DNA of 64,000 nucleotides, taken from assembly GCA_040954595.2 (NCBI GenBank), contig CM082597.2, positions 4,903,244-4,967,243 on the forward strand, in the 5' to 3' direction. Both the position numbers and the translations under genes were made by a program. Origin of the DNA: Balanoglossus misakiensis. Its lineage: Eukaryota > Animalia > Hemichordata. Shown here piece after piece: positions 10,560 through 24,701 of this stretch. Position 1 is the first letter of the stretch, and each line of letters starts with the position of its first letter. The notes beneath the pieces were generated by a model. It was not told the origin of the DNA and ran no database searches. It was given only the letters and a program-made list of their open reading frames with translations.

Positions 10560-13500
10560 TTTAGATTAAATGGACCCCATCATTGTTTTTTTAATTATTT
10601 TGTCTATGTTATCTAGATGACTGGTACCTTGAAATGCATGGCCAAAGATGTTTGGGGATCCTCTGTGCTTGGATGAGGGAAGCCAATGTAAGCAGAAACG
10701 ACACAGTGATGGTATTAGCATATTCAAGGACTTTTGTCAAAAATATAACAGTGACCAGTCCACATATAAATGAGTTGTTGACAAACAGACAACTGATCAT
10801 ATTTGATATGTTTGGCAGGAGAATATGAAACTGGAAAATAACCATAAGTTACAGATGGTGAACCACTTATGTCTAAGTAATGAGAACATTAGAACAGCAT
10901 GGTTGACCAGCGGCAATATTGGATAGTATTGCAACACGACTTGACGTAAATTAAAATGAAGAAAATGATCAACATTGCAACCAAATTCTTCATATATGCA
11001 TTCGTCTACACATTAAAGCATAGACCCTTGCCCTCCAGCTCATATACAGTGTGTTACTCCTTTCACCGGCTCATGTCTGACCAGCATCTCAAATCAGAAA
11101 CGTTCTAGGATCAATTAAATCGTTCACACGTAATACTTTATGCCAGTATTTGAGCTGGGACTTCAATGGTTCCTATGTGAACACTATACATAATATATAG
11201 TGAATTGGTTGAGCCAGCAATTTTGTTTTCTTTCCGCCAACGACATGCTCCAACAGGCAGTTGATTCAGAGTGGGACCATCGAATACATTATAGCTAAAA
11301 TCATATGTTATTTCTATCATGCATGAACAATGATGTAAGCGAGGATCAAAATTGCCCTTGCTGTTCAGAGGCTGACTAGTTTATGCAGCATAGCCATGTG
11401 GCGATGGAACAAACCCGGGTATTTTTTATTTCAGCCTGTGAATCCTCAAAATAGTACTAACACAGTTGTACGTTAGTTTTGTGGGTAGGACTTTCTCCAG
11501 CGCTGTGCATGTAACCCAAAACTGCTATACAGACATATCATCCCTATATCCACCCAGCTTTTGTAAAAATTCATAATAGAGCTTGGATATTGTTACAGAC
11601 AATGAATTGGTCAGAACCTGTATATTAAATAGAGTTCCATATTCACAATGGAAACCTGCGTATCATTTGCCTTCGGACAATACTGGCATGGAAAAGTCAG
11701 TATATAGAGAGAACAAAACGAACAAAACATAATAGCTTATTTACCTGAATGGTTGATATTTTTTGGAGAACAGCACTACGCGATGTATTCTGTTGGCATT
11801 GTCGAGTCTCACACTAATATGTCCCGGACAGTTGGTGCGACCGATGATGACAGCCGAGGGTCAGATGCGCAATATATGTACCAGTATGTTATTACGCTCG
11901 AGGTCTACGTCGAGGTGACATGCATCAGTGTACCGCTTAACGACTAACATACCGAATACAACACAAACAAATTTGCACATGCGCAAACTTCCCAGAGAGT
12001 TTGTATGACGTAGCTGGCAGGAAATATGTTCTATTTTATATATAGAGCAAAATTACTTTCTGGCAGAAAATTTGAGGCCTACAGAATGATGCATGTTCGC
12101 CGTTCGCTATGCTCCCAACGGGGGAAAAATCCCATATTGTAGATTTGCTATCACGCAATGCATGAGCGACCCTGCTCGATTTAAATGCTGCATTTTACAT
12201 TGACTCGATATAAGCTATAAGAATAAATTGTTCGTGACACTGCCAGGTCAAACTGTTTCATATAACACGAATTTTGGAAAACAGTTTGTTTGGCCAAATC
12301 CGTGATTATGTAGTCGTCTTCCACAGTAACCGACTGTACAGTAGGATACTGAAACAGTTTCATTACACTGACACAGAACACGATGTAATCTGTCAAGGAG
12401 ACATTCAGCTTCATAATCATCAATATACTTGATTTTTGACATAGAATTTCAACAAAAAAGAAATGAAACGCGGGGCAAGGGTTAACTGATATTGATCGTG
12501 CCATAAATTAATAGTGACGACCGACGCATATTTCATAATACTTTGTCAGAAACTGGAAATAACTTGTCAAATTTTAAATGTCAGATTTTGAAAAACGATA
12601 ATTCAATATCCAGGCACGACCGAATGTAGGCGGGGAGATAAATAAATGAATATTGTCAGATTATCACAGGTTTACTTTGATTTCATTTTCAATCGATTTT
12701 GCCTACATGTGTCCACCTGAAGTGATAAAAGTACGTCACACAGACAAATCTGTTGCAGGTATAGTCATTTATTTATCAGGTCTGAGTCTGAAGTTACGTC
12801 GGGATTTATGCGCTGCTGTCAATAGAGACAAAGCGATTTTGTGGGAATACGCTTCGCTGTACACGTGCATGTACTATCTTTAGCGTAATGCGTTTCACCT
12901 TGGTGGCTCAGTAGGAGGCATGTTACAGCGGTATTTCACGCGAGCTAACTCGACAGATTTAGAATGCCTCAGACACCCACTGTCTCCATTCTATTTATCG
13001 TTTCCCCAATTTCAATGTCGTTCACGGAGAACTTTGCACCACATACCGGGTTTACGATGACTCCATGTATGGTGCATTAATGATTCAATTTGTTGGTAGG
13101 GTGTGATCAACTCAAAATATCTGGTAGTAAAATATCGGTGATAAAAACGTCGATTTATACGTTCCATGCAAACTTCATCAGTGCCAGGAAGGTTGAGACA
13201 AACTACTTATTTATTATTGTCCTCTTTATCGTACGCTATTTAGATTACTCGACCTTAGCTTTTAATAGGCTTGCAACACAAATAAGCTGATATTCGATCC
13301 AGCATTAGGTTTTTAATGTGCTGTTATCGACGCTACAGGTTTGATATAAACAACTGCACGACACGTTTGTCTGATACTTACATGGTGACAAAAGCTTGTT
13401 TTCCTAGCCCAGGTGCAGATAGTTGCGGTCTTGCCTTCACAGTTCTGAATAATCACTGTAAAGTTTTGACGCTGGGGCTTCAGGAATGGGCAAGTCTTTG

Positions 13501-14404
13501 TGTCCTGTTTAGAGTAAAGCAGGATTAAGGTTGTCAAATAAGATGAGATTATTGTTGTCAAATGTTGCTATCGTCCTTATGTGTTTTAAATAAGAATAAA
13601 TGTGTTGATGTCTATACTAAAGCTTAGTACCGGTAATACAATGGTTGCACAAATGTCATGCCATCAAGAAATCTTCACTAGCATTACCCAAATCTTGTGT
13701 ATTTTATTCAATTTGCAACAAATGACTTTCAATGACACACTCTCAGCTAGATTAATAGATTAAGAAAATATTGGAGGAAATCACCATTAGGAATGAAAGA
13801 AGTCAAGGCTAAGAAGGTATTGACCTGTTATTGTATGAACGCATATCACAACACATCACTGACAAGTAACTGACATGCCATGTATATCTCATTGCAATCT
13901 CATTTGATTTTCGTCTTTAATGCTAATGGACAGGACGTCAAAGTTACACCACCTGACAAGAGAATCCCATCAGCTGACAGCCATCACTAACGTCCATATC
14001 AATCAGGCAAAGTATACTTTGAGTAAATACAATTGACACAACCAAAATAGCGTCAAGGACACTGTGCTCCCATTTGACCAAAAAGGTACATTCTTGTGTG
14101 GCATATATCAGTTATATTTTGACTCACACTGATAATTGACCAACACAAACCCTCAAGGGCATTTTAGCACAAGATAATTAATGTAATAATAAAAGAATAC
14201 ATATCATTTTCGAACAATTTTGTTTTAATCAAAATGGCCACTAAAGCTGAGAAAAAGATTGATGATAATATTGATGGCCACATGGACACTGCAAAGCAAT
14301 CGGAAAAGCTATTTTTGAGATATGGAGATTTTGACTACAATTAGCAAACATTGCCCTCAATCACAATATTGATATTTTTTCGTATTTGGACACATAATTT
14401 AGTT

Positions 14405-14512
14405 GAAAATGTTCGCCAATATCTGTGTTAACTCTAAGGTTAAAAATAAAGGTAGTACATTTTTATGAAAACACGATGACGAACACTTTTTTCATTCCTT
14501 TGTTTTCAGAAA
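14405..14512 (+). mobile_element. Internal fragment of the TTAA-ended MITE family (see 208-557)
   Basis: GAAAATGTTCGCCAATATCTGTGTTAACTCT...GAAAACACGATGACGAACAC...TTCCTTTGTTTTCAGAA is collinear with ~370-476. Confidence 0.7.
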
Positions 14513-17500
14513 TCCTTCTGACACACCCCTATATAGTTAAGTTACAACATACATGTACATAGAACTGTCATTTTTCTGCAAATTTATCCTCAAAGTGCAT
14601 ACAACCTTAATAATTTATTTATTTAACCAGCACTATGGAACAAAAAGTAGACCGTCAGCAGCTCCATGCATATCATAGCGGATATGGATAACAATAGAGT
14701 GTTGATAAGTCCTGCAGTAAAGTAATATGCGTGACATCAATGTGAATGGTTACCCAGCTGCGAGCTTTTCCCATCAGTGATGATATGAATATCATTGCAT
14801 AGAATAATGGCCAATCATCTGAATCTGACCTCGAACTCTAACTTTCCCATATATCGTCTCGGAATCAGTTCGTCCTCTTAATAATATGATGGCATCTCTT
14901 CATTCCCTGGTGGCACGCATCATCAAAACGACCTTCCTATTTTAAGTGCAGATGCATCAATAACACAATCTTTAAGACGCTAAGAACATCAAAATCCGTT
15001 CAGATCCCCTTTCCGTATTAAACTTGTATTTATGGGTGTTGAATTATTAACGAGATATTCTCTCCAGAAACTTTGTATTACCATGTTGTGTATTTATTAC
15101 TAGCAATCCTTGTGCACAGGCCTATTCCATGTATTTTAATACAATGAGACAAGTTTGTTCATTAAACTCCCCCCCCCCCTCCATCCCTCTTTCTGAATGA
15201 TATTTTCTGACAGCATATGTATGTCTTCATATATGTGCTTGACTTTCTCAATGCCTGAGTATGCCTTCGTTGGCTATCTCAAGTCTTAGCCAACCCATAC
15301 TAAGACTCTTTGTCCGTCTGTCTGTTTGTCTGTCTCTCTATGAACATGGCTGTTGCAAGCTCAACCCTTTTACCCCCATTTCTCAATATAGTGTTCCAGT
15401 ATTGCCATTGAGAATGATATAGTTGGGCCAAACTTTGGACATACCACACAACCCGTGGTACATCGATGGCAAAACCATGGTGGTGAAAGGCATGATATAA
15501 CAGGAAATAAGTCATGCGTGACCGAGTAGCCTGTTTGGAACTACGACACTGAGTTTGATATTTGTTCCAACTCAGTGACTGTTTATCTGCACCACGCGTT
15601 CTATATTTAGCCAACACCGTTTACGCGTCCAACACTGATTTCAAAGAATTGTTGATCCGTAAAGTTGTCAGCGCGATTCGTATATTGTTACGTTCACCAT
15701 ATTATGGTTACTCAGCGGGAGCACTCCTCGCAAAGTTATCTTAATATGAGTGTTACTTTTCATATATATTTTATACTGTGATTTTAGAAATTTCTTTGTT
15801 TTAAGGAAGGGGTTTGCATACTATGTTAACAGTTTCATCTATATTGTTATTTTAATATTTTCCCACTGTTCATAAGTGTTTTATCTTCTTGGCTTATTGA
15901 ATCCCTCAACAGTGTCTATCCATTTGATTTGACCGAGTCCAGTTGTTGGGCTTTGCCTGTCGGATGTCAGTATACATAACAAATAATTAGTCAAGAATGA
16001 CCCAAGATATTCGGCTAATTATTTTAGATAACTATAAACTGCATTTTTCGGTAAACCTTAAAGAAAAAGTAAAGCAGGTACTTGAATAACACAGAACCTC
16101 CTGTGAGGTATTTCAGATGACTGTGCTCTTGCCAACAAATATTTTGAAATTAGTTTAAAACGACGGAAACCAATTTCAGGCATACTTGCAGGATACGGCT
16201 ACGTAATGTTCGTAACACCAGGAGCATTGAACTGTGTGCACATTACTTTGCTGCGTTGTTGCTAATAGTTACATTGATAGTGACAGCGAACATATCGTGT
16301 ACATCAGTGCACATGTATGTGTGTACATTCATTGTGCTGTGGTTACATTAGTTGCCATGGCAAAGGCAGCGTTTTGGCATATCTTGACAGATTACCATGC
16401 AATTGTCTTGGTTTATTTTCTACTCTAACAGCGACGAATAATTTGTCTGTCTGAAACGTGATGACAAAATGGTCAGTCAGATTGGCAGGTCGCAGTCACT
16501 GACATGCGTGTATTGTTTGTACTGTCAGTGAACTTTAATAGCCTGTAGTGTCCCCATCTTAAATTTGAAAACAGCCAAATTCACTTGAGCGTTGAATCCA
16601 ACATTCGGAACGACAACATCTTTTGCATCTTAAAGTATTTGATATTTGTCTGCTATCCCCCCTCCCCTTGCAGTTACTCTGCAGATTTTTCAGTTGAAAT
16701 AAATGCACGTGGCTAACTTTAATATCACACAGCGTCAGGAATGTTTAACTCCCTAGTCGAGGATTGTGAGAACGTCATCATGCAACAGTTGACGTAAATT
16801 GTTCCACTTCAAAGGGATGCATTTTGATGGAAAATGACAATGCTCGTCGTGGTGCGTATATACATGTAAAGATACCTGTCACCATTAAGTGTGAATGTAG
16901 TCCCAAAACGAAGCGTACATACGTCAAATTGTGATCATGTCTTGTTATTTATCATCTTTCTCTCCCTTTCTCCTGTTTTATCGTTGTCTCCCTCTTTGTC
17001 TCTTTCCCCCTGCTCTTATTGCTTATCTTCTAACACCGAGACCGGCCAATGACTTTATGACATTTTAACCAGCTTTACTACATGTGGTAGGTGGGCACCA
17101 TCCTTGGACTTGCCTGCTAATCACAACGGCAGCAGAGTGATACCAACCTACTGTTTTCCCCCCATTCTTCATATAAATCCAAACGATGCACCTGGCATTG
17201 CACATCCGTTTTATCTGCCACAACAACCTGTCCAGTAACTGAATACAGCCAAATAAACCGACATCGTATGGCAATCACGCCCACCATTCATTTATACCGC
17301 AAAATTTCCAGAGCCTCTCATAACGTTACTGAAACCTTATCGTGGACATTATATCGGCGCAGTGCTCAAAATAGCAATTTTAAACGTCATATAGATGTAC
17401 ACCCACGGCAACAGAAGATAGATATCGGTCATTAAACTCATGGATGACGAAACTTTTATATTTATGCTCAATTTTTTAATCAATCCAGACTACATCTCTA

Positions 17501-20256
17501 GAGACGTTCTTGAAGAACTTTCTGCACAGAACTACTGATATTATTCTGACAGCTACAGGATACATGTATCATATTCAGAATCGAAACCGGATCTGACAAG
17601 GAGATTAATTAGTAAATTAATCACATGCAAATAAGAGAGTGTTTGTCAATGAAGGAAGAGAACTTTCGATTGCCTTCGCTGTCACATAACATAATAGTTC
17701 AGGAGTTTAGAGAAGAGGGCTCATCTATTACATGACCATACGACCAAAGATATCTACGTAGTCGGGTACAAATCATGCGTACAGTGATGATATTGAGGAG
17801 CGCAATTAGGTCTGATGTATTTTCTGTCACTCAGGGATACGGATGAATACGCAGGTGACGTCATTTGGTTATTTTCAGAACACTGCAAGTCTATTTATTG
17901 AAGTGTCTGGGACTTGGAGTGGCAAAAACATCCGAAAGTTTACCACAGGGACCAGGCAGACAACCGACTGGGTTACTGTCACTTTGGTGTACGATGTAAA
18001 ATGCTCTATCAGATTTCTTATCAGTAAACTGTTTTACGACGGTTATTGACGGAGGCAGGGCGACAAACAGCGCATTGTGATGTTATCTAACTTGTTAAGA
18101 AAGGCAGGCGCAAGGCAGTTAGTTCTCAACCTACAATGTGAAACATTTAGAAATGGCAGTTATTGGAGTGACGTGCATTGCGAACGGTTACATGCAGCTA
18201 TCTCTTGATCTGTAGACAGTAAAATTCTGTCCAATCCGATTACAATAAAATTTGTGCTGACGCCAGCAAAATGTTTACCCTTTTGTGAATGACACATGTT
18301 GATCTTTTTTTTTTAATGTGACATTGAAAGGGTCGACAGAACGGTCCCTTAAACAATGTTGTTGCAATTTCAAAGAAAGCACGGTTTAGATGTAATATTT
18401 GCGTGAGAAACACGCCACATTGAATGACCAGCTTAGGGCTTTAGCTAAAGGACGTACTGCATCGAACAGAGCCACGAGTGCTACCTTGAATATGGGGACG
18501 GATCTCATCTAAAAGAAATATGTAGCCAGCTGTTACCCTTATCAGATTGTTACACACTCTCTACGATGAATATCTTAGTTTTTTCTGATAAAAAAGTACA
18601 TGATGTATAGGAATCAGGATACAAGGTGACTTAAATACATTATTCCATGAATTTATAAATGTGTTCAAAGCACGAATTTAATGATAAGGCTTGAGGTGTT
18701 GCAATTTATTTTTGTGATCAATTTTATTGGAATGACAAAGATATCAGGTACGGTTGCACATTTTGGCAAATATGACACCCACAATACGACTGAAATATTA
18801 TTACTAACCCTATTACGTATCATTACATGCTGTGAAAGGCTCCCTTATGAGTTACACAATAGGTAATTTGGAAAATTTAGCATTTTTATGTGTTTTCGCC
18901 TTCATATGTGTGCTAATACTGCTCATAGCTTTTAACAAAGTTACCACCAGAGTGTGGCATTGGACACTGTGCGTGCCATAAGTATGTCGTGATGCTCAAC
19001 TGTTTTCAACATTGCAAAACATGGCATTATGTGCATAGCACATTCAATAGTTTGGTATCTGAATATGTGAGATATTGTGTCAATGATATGCTGAACGTGG
19101 GGAGTCGTTTTTTTTGAAGCTATGAATAGTAAACACGTTTTTTCCCCGGGAGTAGGGTGTGCTTCAGCGAATGCAAACGTGTTTTTCTGCCATTGTCGAA
19201 TATCACGATGACACTAATCTCACACAACGTTCTTTCCAGCCAAGAAACAAAAACTAAGATATCTTCCGGCATGTAATGTATTCAGTATCATCCCAGAATA
19301 GTAAATTAGCCCTCTTTGGGCCAACATGTTCAGCTTTACTATCCAGTTCACATTTAGAGTGATTCTGATTCCTGTAAAGTAAAGGACCACCCACTGATCA
19401 CGGAAATTGAATTACTGTCAGTGAACCGCCGCAAATCAAGGACAAGTTCGACTGACACAAAATATCCGGTGTGGTGAATTAGATTGAACACTGGCGCCGT
19501 TCGTTTCTGATCGTCCACAATATTCATGTATGCTGTGATGGTATTCCGTCGTAAGAGTTTTTCTTTTCAACATGGAGTACTTAAAAGTAAAGCGCCTATA
19601 GCTACTGAAGACTGCGATGATAAGCATCAAAAGAAGGCGGAATTTTACAAAGGGGACCCATATCCATTTACTGAAGGCAAATGCACACCCACAGGTTTAG
19701 AGGGGAATGAAATGGGATTGGGCATTTGGAAAGCAGATCCATTACTAAAGGCCCTATGAACCGTTGATCCAAGAGAAAGATAGGCAATGATATTGTTATT
19801 CATTCTCCTCTTCTTTTGGATGGTTTACATTCAATAACGCCGAAACAATCAATTTCGCAACAAACTATCTGGTTATATGCTTTCTCAATTTAATAAGGAA
19901 ATTTTACCAGGAAGAGGATTAAATAATCGAAAGGCTATGGTGATGGAAATCAGTTGGCTCAAATGACGTATTTCAATATCGAGCATAGTACATAATCTAT
20001 TCCCATGCAGAATCACATAAAGATATTTACCAGTATTTTGCTCACCAGGGTGCAGGCAGCTCTGTATATGTACACTCATTATAATTTTTGGGTGTTCTAT
20101 ATATTTGTCCTTTTTGTCAATTTTCCCCCTTAAATGCATAGTAGCTGTTCATTTCTTCTGTTGTATAATTATACATACATTTCCTCAGAGGGACAGTTCA
20201 AACAGATTTAGTCAAGTTATCAACATTTGGGGGATATATAAACCACAGTGGGTGGA

Positions 20257-20299
20257 TGAGTGAGTGAGTGAGTGAGTGAGTGAGTGAGTGAGTGAGTGA
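20257..20299. repeat. (TGAG)n microsatellite
   Basis: About ten TGAG units, flanked by TGGA/TGAA variants. Confidence 0.97.
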
Positions 20300-23200
20300 A
20301 TGGATGGAGAAATGAATAGATGGATTGAATTAAAGACTGGGTGACTAAATGGCCGAAGTAATCATCAATGAATTACTGACTAAATAAATAAACAAATAAA
20401 AAATACTGTGCCAAAAGGAACATTTGAGGAAGTTTACTACTGGATTATATATTGGTTTCGACATCCATCGGCCGCATGAACTTATCGAACATAACCCATA
20501 ATTACAAAATTTGATACGATATCCTGCAGGCATAAATGATGAGAATTCAAATACAGAGTTGTCATGGCAACAGTAAGTGCATTACCGAAGGCGACATTAA
20601 CCAGGTTTATGTTTCAAATAATGCAGGGCGCTCTGATATCGGCGTCATATTCGAAACTCTATTATGTTGATCATAATATATAGCCATCTTCGATTATTGA
20701 AAACGTCCATAAAACTGCTGGCATACAAGTGCCCGACTACAAGTCATTATTTTCGCGAAGAAAAAACATAAAGCCGCAAAATTGTATTACCAATCAAGCG
20801 CGATGCTTACGTCACCGTTGACCGACCCAGTGTTTACATCTTTGCTTGGCACGATAGTGATTATGATTGCTGTGTTTGGAACTTGTGGGGGATTATACTT
20901 GCCTGTCGACATCAATATCGACAGGCACTTACTCCATGCTGCGCAAGCGTACACGAGTGTGTTGCTTTTGTGGCGTACGACAAATCCAGCATATCCGATG
21001 TCCTCAAAGATGTTTTTGGAACCTTTCCTTGTCTTTTAGAGCAAATGTTTATTCATCACGCTAGTTTTCAGAACTGCATTCTCAATACAGTGCTTTTACA
21101 GCACACTTCATGCAATGTTGTGTAAATGTTTGTCTGGTCGCGAATTTGTAAGCGACAGTGATGTTTGCTACAAACCATTTTAAGTGGCATTCGGTCATGT
21201 GCACACCATGTGTAAAAATAGAGTCCCTATAGCGACGCATTATATGCAGTCCTAAGAACCCTTTGTCAACAAAACGGTAGAAACAATACTTGAAGGCCAA
21301 ACAGCTTGATAGTGTGCGTTCACCATAATTGAATCCACTCGCGAGGATGGCGGGTGTGTACATTGATTTTAGTCCATATGTGCCTAGTCATTTGTGAGTG
21401 GGCACATGTAGGTTGGACACTGGACTAATATGTGCCAAACAAACTTATAATGTGACCAGCTGAGAAATAACTACATTGTGTATGGGTGCCAAGTGGCCAT
21501 ATCTAGGATTTGAACAAAAAAAAAAAACTGTAGTAAATACACAACAATAAACACAGCAAATGTTTGAGCAAATAACGCTTTAAAATAGGTCAAATCAACG
21601 TTGTGATGAAGTTCAAGATTTCTGTGTGTCGATCGTGGGATGTACGCTTCATCCAACAGTAGCGATACTAAGTTGTTTACAATATGCTCACGTATAACCC
21701 TTTTAATGACATGCATTTTCTCTTGTTACAACAAGACGCTTCCAGCAGAGTATAATTTCATGGAAGGACTTGAACTGAACCACTGAACCTTGTTTTTTTT
21801 ATTATAGGAAAGCATCATTACAGATAGTTCATTTGTGATGTTATAATGACTGTTGCCGAGAAAATTTGGCGATAGGGAAATTGTACTCCATCTACTTCTT
21901 GAACTCATGTGACACGCCCATGAATTAAAAGTACCCACGGTGTAATGTCGTTTACACCTGTACAGATATGTGTTGTGCAAATTAAAATCATTGATTTTAT
22001 TTCAAATGTCAAGGTCCACCATTGAAATTTGAGTTTTAGTGGTTGTCATTTTTTGCGGCGGAACTTATTAAACCGAGTTTCTGAATATTGATCGAGACGA
22101 GGTTAATCAAGTATAAGGTTACATGGAAGGTATGGATCGAATCTCTGGTTTGTTTAACATCGATAGTGAATGTGCGGTTTTCCCAAACGTAATCGAACAG
22201 GTAGAATTCCAGTAGATACCTTAAGACTAACACAAAAATGTTTCGATTTAAAATTTTCAAGAGGATATATATGAAAGGTCAAAACACTCTCTGATTTTGT
22301 CCATTGGTATTAACTGCATAATTTAAGTGGTATACGTGTACTTGCAGCAAAGCATATGGCACTAAGGGGCGCCATCATTTAGAGTACTGTGACCGACGTT
22401 GCCTATATGGAACTTTAGAAAGACAGGCTTATCAACTTCCATCAACTTTCGATGTCTTCCTGGGAGGACAGTGCAGGCTATTGTTGATACACAATGGTAA
22501 AATTGCAGGCGTGACATTCTCGTGTTTTATCTCGTAGAAACTAGCCTCGTTAGCAGGGAGTCGCTGATTTTAAACGCATATACATGTTATGAATACTTGA
22601 AAATTCCTTTTTTCATGTATTATTCTTAGTGTGACATACTTTGATACAGGCCTGTGATATTTTTCAATATCCGACAAAACCATGTTAAGATGCATACAAG
22701 CCGTGGGCATATGGTGGCTGCAATTAATGTCTGCCATCTGTCGCAGGTTTATTCCCAGGGATCTAACAAACAAGCGTGGATTTGCATGTACTTGAAGATG
22801 AAGAGAACTTGCTGTGTGGTCACTCCGTCAACACCCATGTTCAAAGTCTTTAAGCCTGGTTAAAGGGCACCTGTGTCAACTTAAATAATATTATTTCAAC
22901 GTGCAGCTGGCAGTGGCCTCACGTCTCACATACGTACACACACCATTCAGAAAAAGCCATTTACATCCAAGATGACGGCTATAAAAAATCTGCGTTAGAG
23001 TTATACAAATTCACCCACTATATAACACAGTTAAAGAAGTAATAAAATCTCGGTTGTTGCTTGGTTTTCTGGATACATTGTGGATATGTAAAGGTATATG
23101 CTCATGTGGATCATGTGTAACTCAATAAAGAAGCATGACTATTATAATAGAAGCGCCCGACAGACAGACAGATACACAGATGGATAAAGATAATTTTTGT

Positions 23201-24600
23201 GGTACATGTATTAATATGATGACTTAAATATGACACATGTACAATCCACAATTTCACCACAATACTAATTGTTAATTTCACAAGCAACAATTTTAACATG
23301 AGATTTGATGGTCTATCAGGCACTTTAAAAATGTACACTAGACGGAATTAATTTCAATGAGACAGCCATACATTTGGAAACATAAACAATGTTGAAGTGT
23401 TGGTGTTTTTACTCTCAATTCAGCAACAAGTTAAAAGATCTATGCCACAGTGTATTAAAGACTTCCAAGAAAACAGGATTTCTGTAACGACTTTGAGTCA
23501 AAAGGTCACCTTTTTTCTTTCGACATTTACTATTGGCTCCTTTCATGTTTCCGTAATTTTATTGCGAATTTCAACCGTCGCTAGAGGGTATTCAATACCA
23601 TCTAACAACAGTTAATCGATTCATTAAATTTTATGAATGCTCCATTGCGGTTTACTTCATTATTTTATTTTGTGTTCCATTACGGCGTAATTTAACTGAA
23701 CAACACATGTGTTACCAGGAATATGTGTTACCAGGGATATGACAAGCAGATTTAGGCATTGATTGAACCTTCAATTGTGAAAACAACATTTCATAGAGGT
23801 GCTACTACAGAAGCTAGTGTGGAGTTAATGTGGGAAGGGTGGAATCTCAACGATATAGTATAAAAGAATGAAAATCGTTAAATACTAAACACTCTTTTCA
23901 TTTTAAATTGCAAAGAGTCGATTCCATTAACAGTGAACCACATTGCACTGTCTTTTTACCAAAATGTTTCCAACCAAATTGTTCAGACAGATACTGTTTA
24001 GAAGTATCAAGAAGTAAGTTGATTTTGGTCAAAGTTGTTCAACCCTGCCTATGAGAATGTAAATTCACTACACTGACACATATCCACAGATTCTAATGGC
24101 ACATTGCAAATAATATTCCCAGCACAGGGGCCTATACACTCAGTTCAAATGTGGCCATTAATTCCCCACAGAGGATAGTGTACTCTCCAGTGGACATACT
24201 TGTTTGTGACATCTGTCCTCTAACTTCCGACGACGGATTTTAGGCTAGGGATGACAATAAATCAAAGCTGCTTCAGTAATAGGGGTGTATATTTGCTTGT
24301 TGTCCATTTGTCTCGGGTAATGATCCCCTAAGCGACGTTAAATTTCCTTTAAACATCCGATCACTTGGGGGTGAATATTTCAGAATTTACACCGCACGTT
24401 GCCGTTGAAGGTATAACACTTCTTGCATATTTATACATTTTCGGACCAGAATATGAATAACACCTTGCCTCAAAGGACTTTGCTGTAGTGTGTGATATTC
24501 TAAAGACACTTGTATCAGATGAAGAACGTAAAATTCTAGGGAGAGAGTACTTAAAGAAATTGCAAGAGGTCAGAAGGATGCTTAGGTACAGTCCCAGAGA

Positions 24601-24701
24601 TAGACTCTAAGCAGTCGCTGTGCCTATGGAACTTTCGGAACTGCGTCCTGTTCTATACGCGCATTTCTTTTTCAGTATCACACAGTCTTGGAGCAAGACT
24701 A
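24601..24701. mobile_element. 101-bp non-autonomous element with TAG...CTA termini and a 9-bp target-site duplication
   Basis: TCCCAGAGA at 24592-24600 and 24702-24710 brackets a segment starting TAGACTCTAAGCAGTC and ending AGTCTTGGAGCAAGACTA. The first 8 nt equal the TIR start of the 1351-1482 element. Confidence 0.8.

Noticed and set aside
11745-11950. Minus-strand frame interrupted by a single TGA (selenoprotein idea)
   Set aside because: No redox motif context or SECIS was seen, and it mirrors a plus-strand ORF, so chance is sufficient.
15880-15975. Penelope GIY-YIG-like tail (WIDTVEGFN) on the minus strand
   Set aside because: Too short and divergent, with no adjacent RT or GIY-YIG motifs.
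17879-18049. MAM-like candidate exon (SLFIEVSG...QTTDWVTVTL)
   Set aside because: The resemblance is superficial, the IAxDD motif is absent and there is no good donor before the stop.
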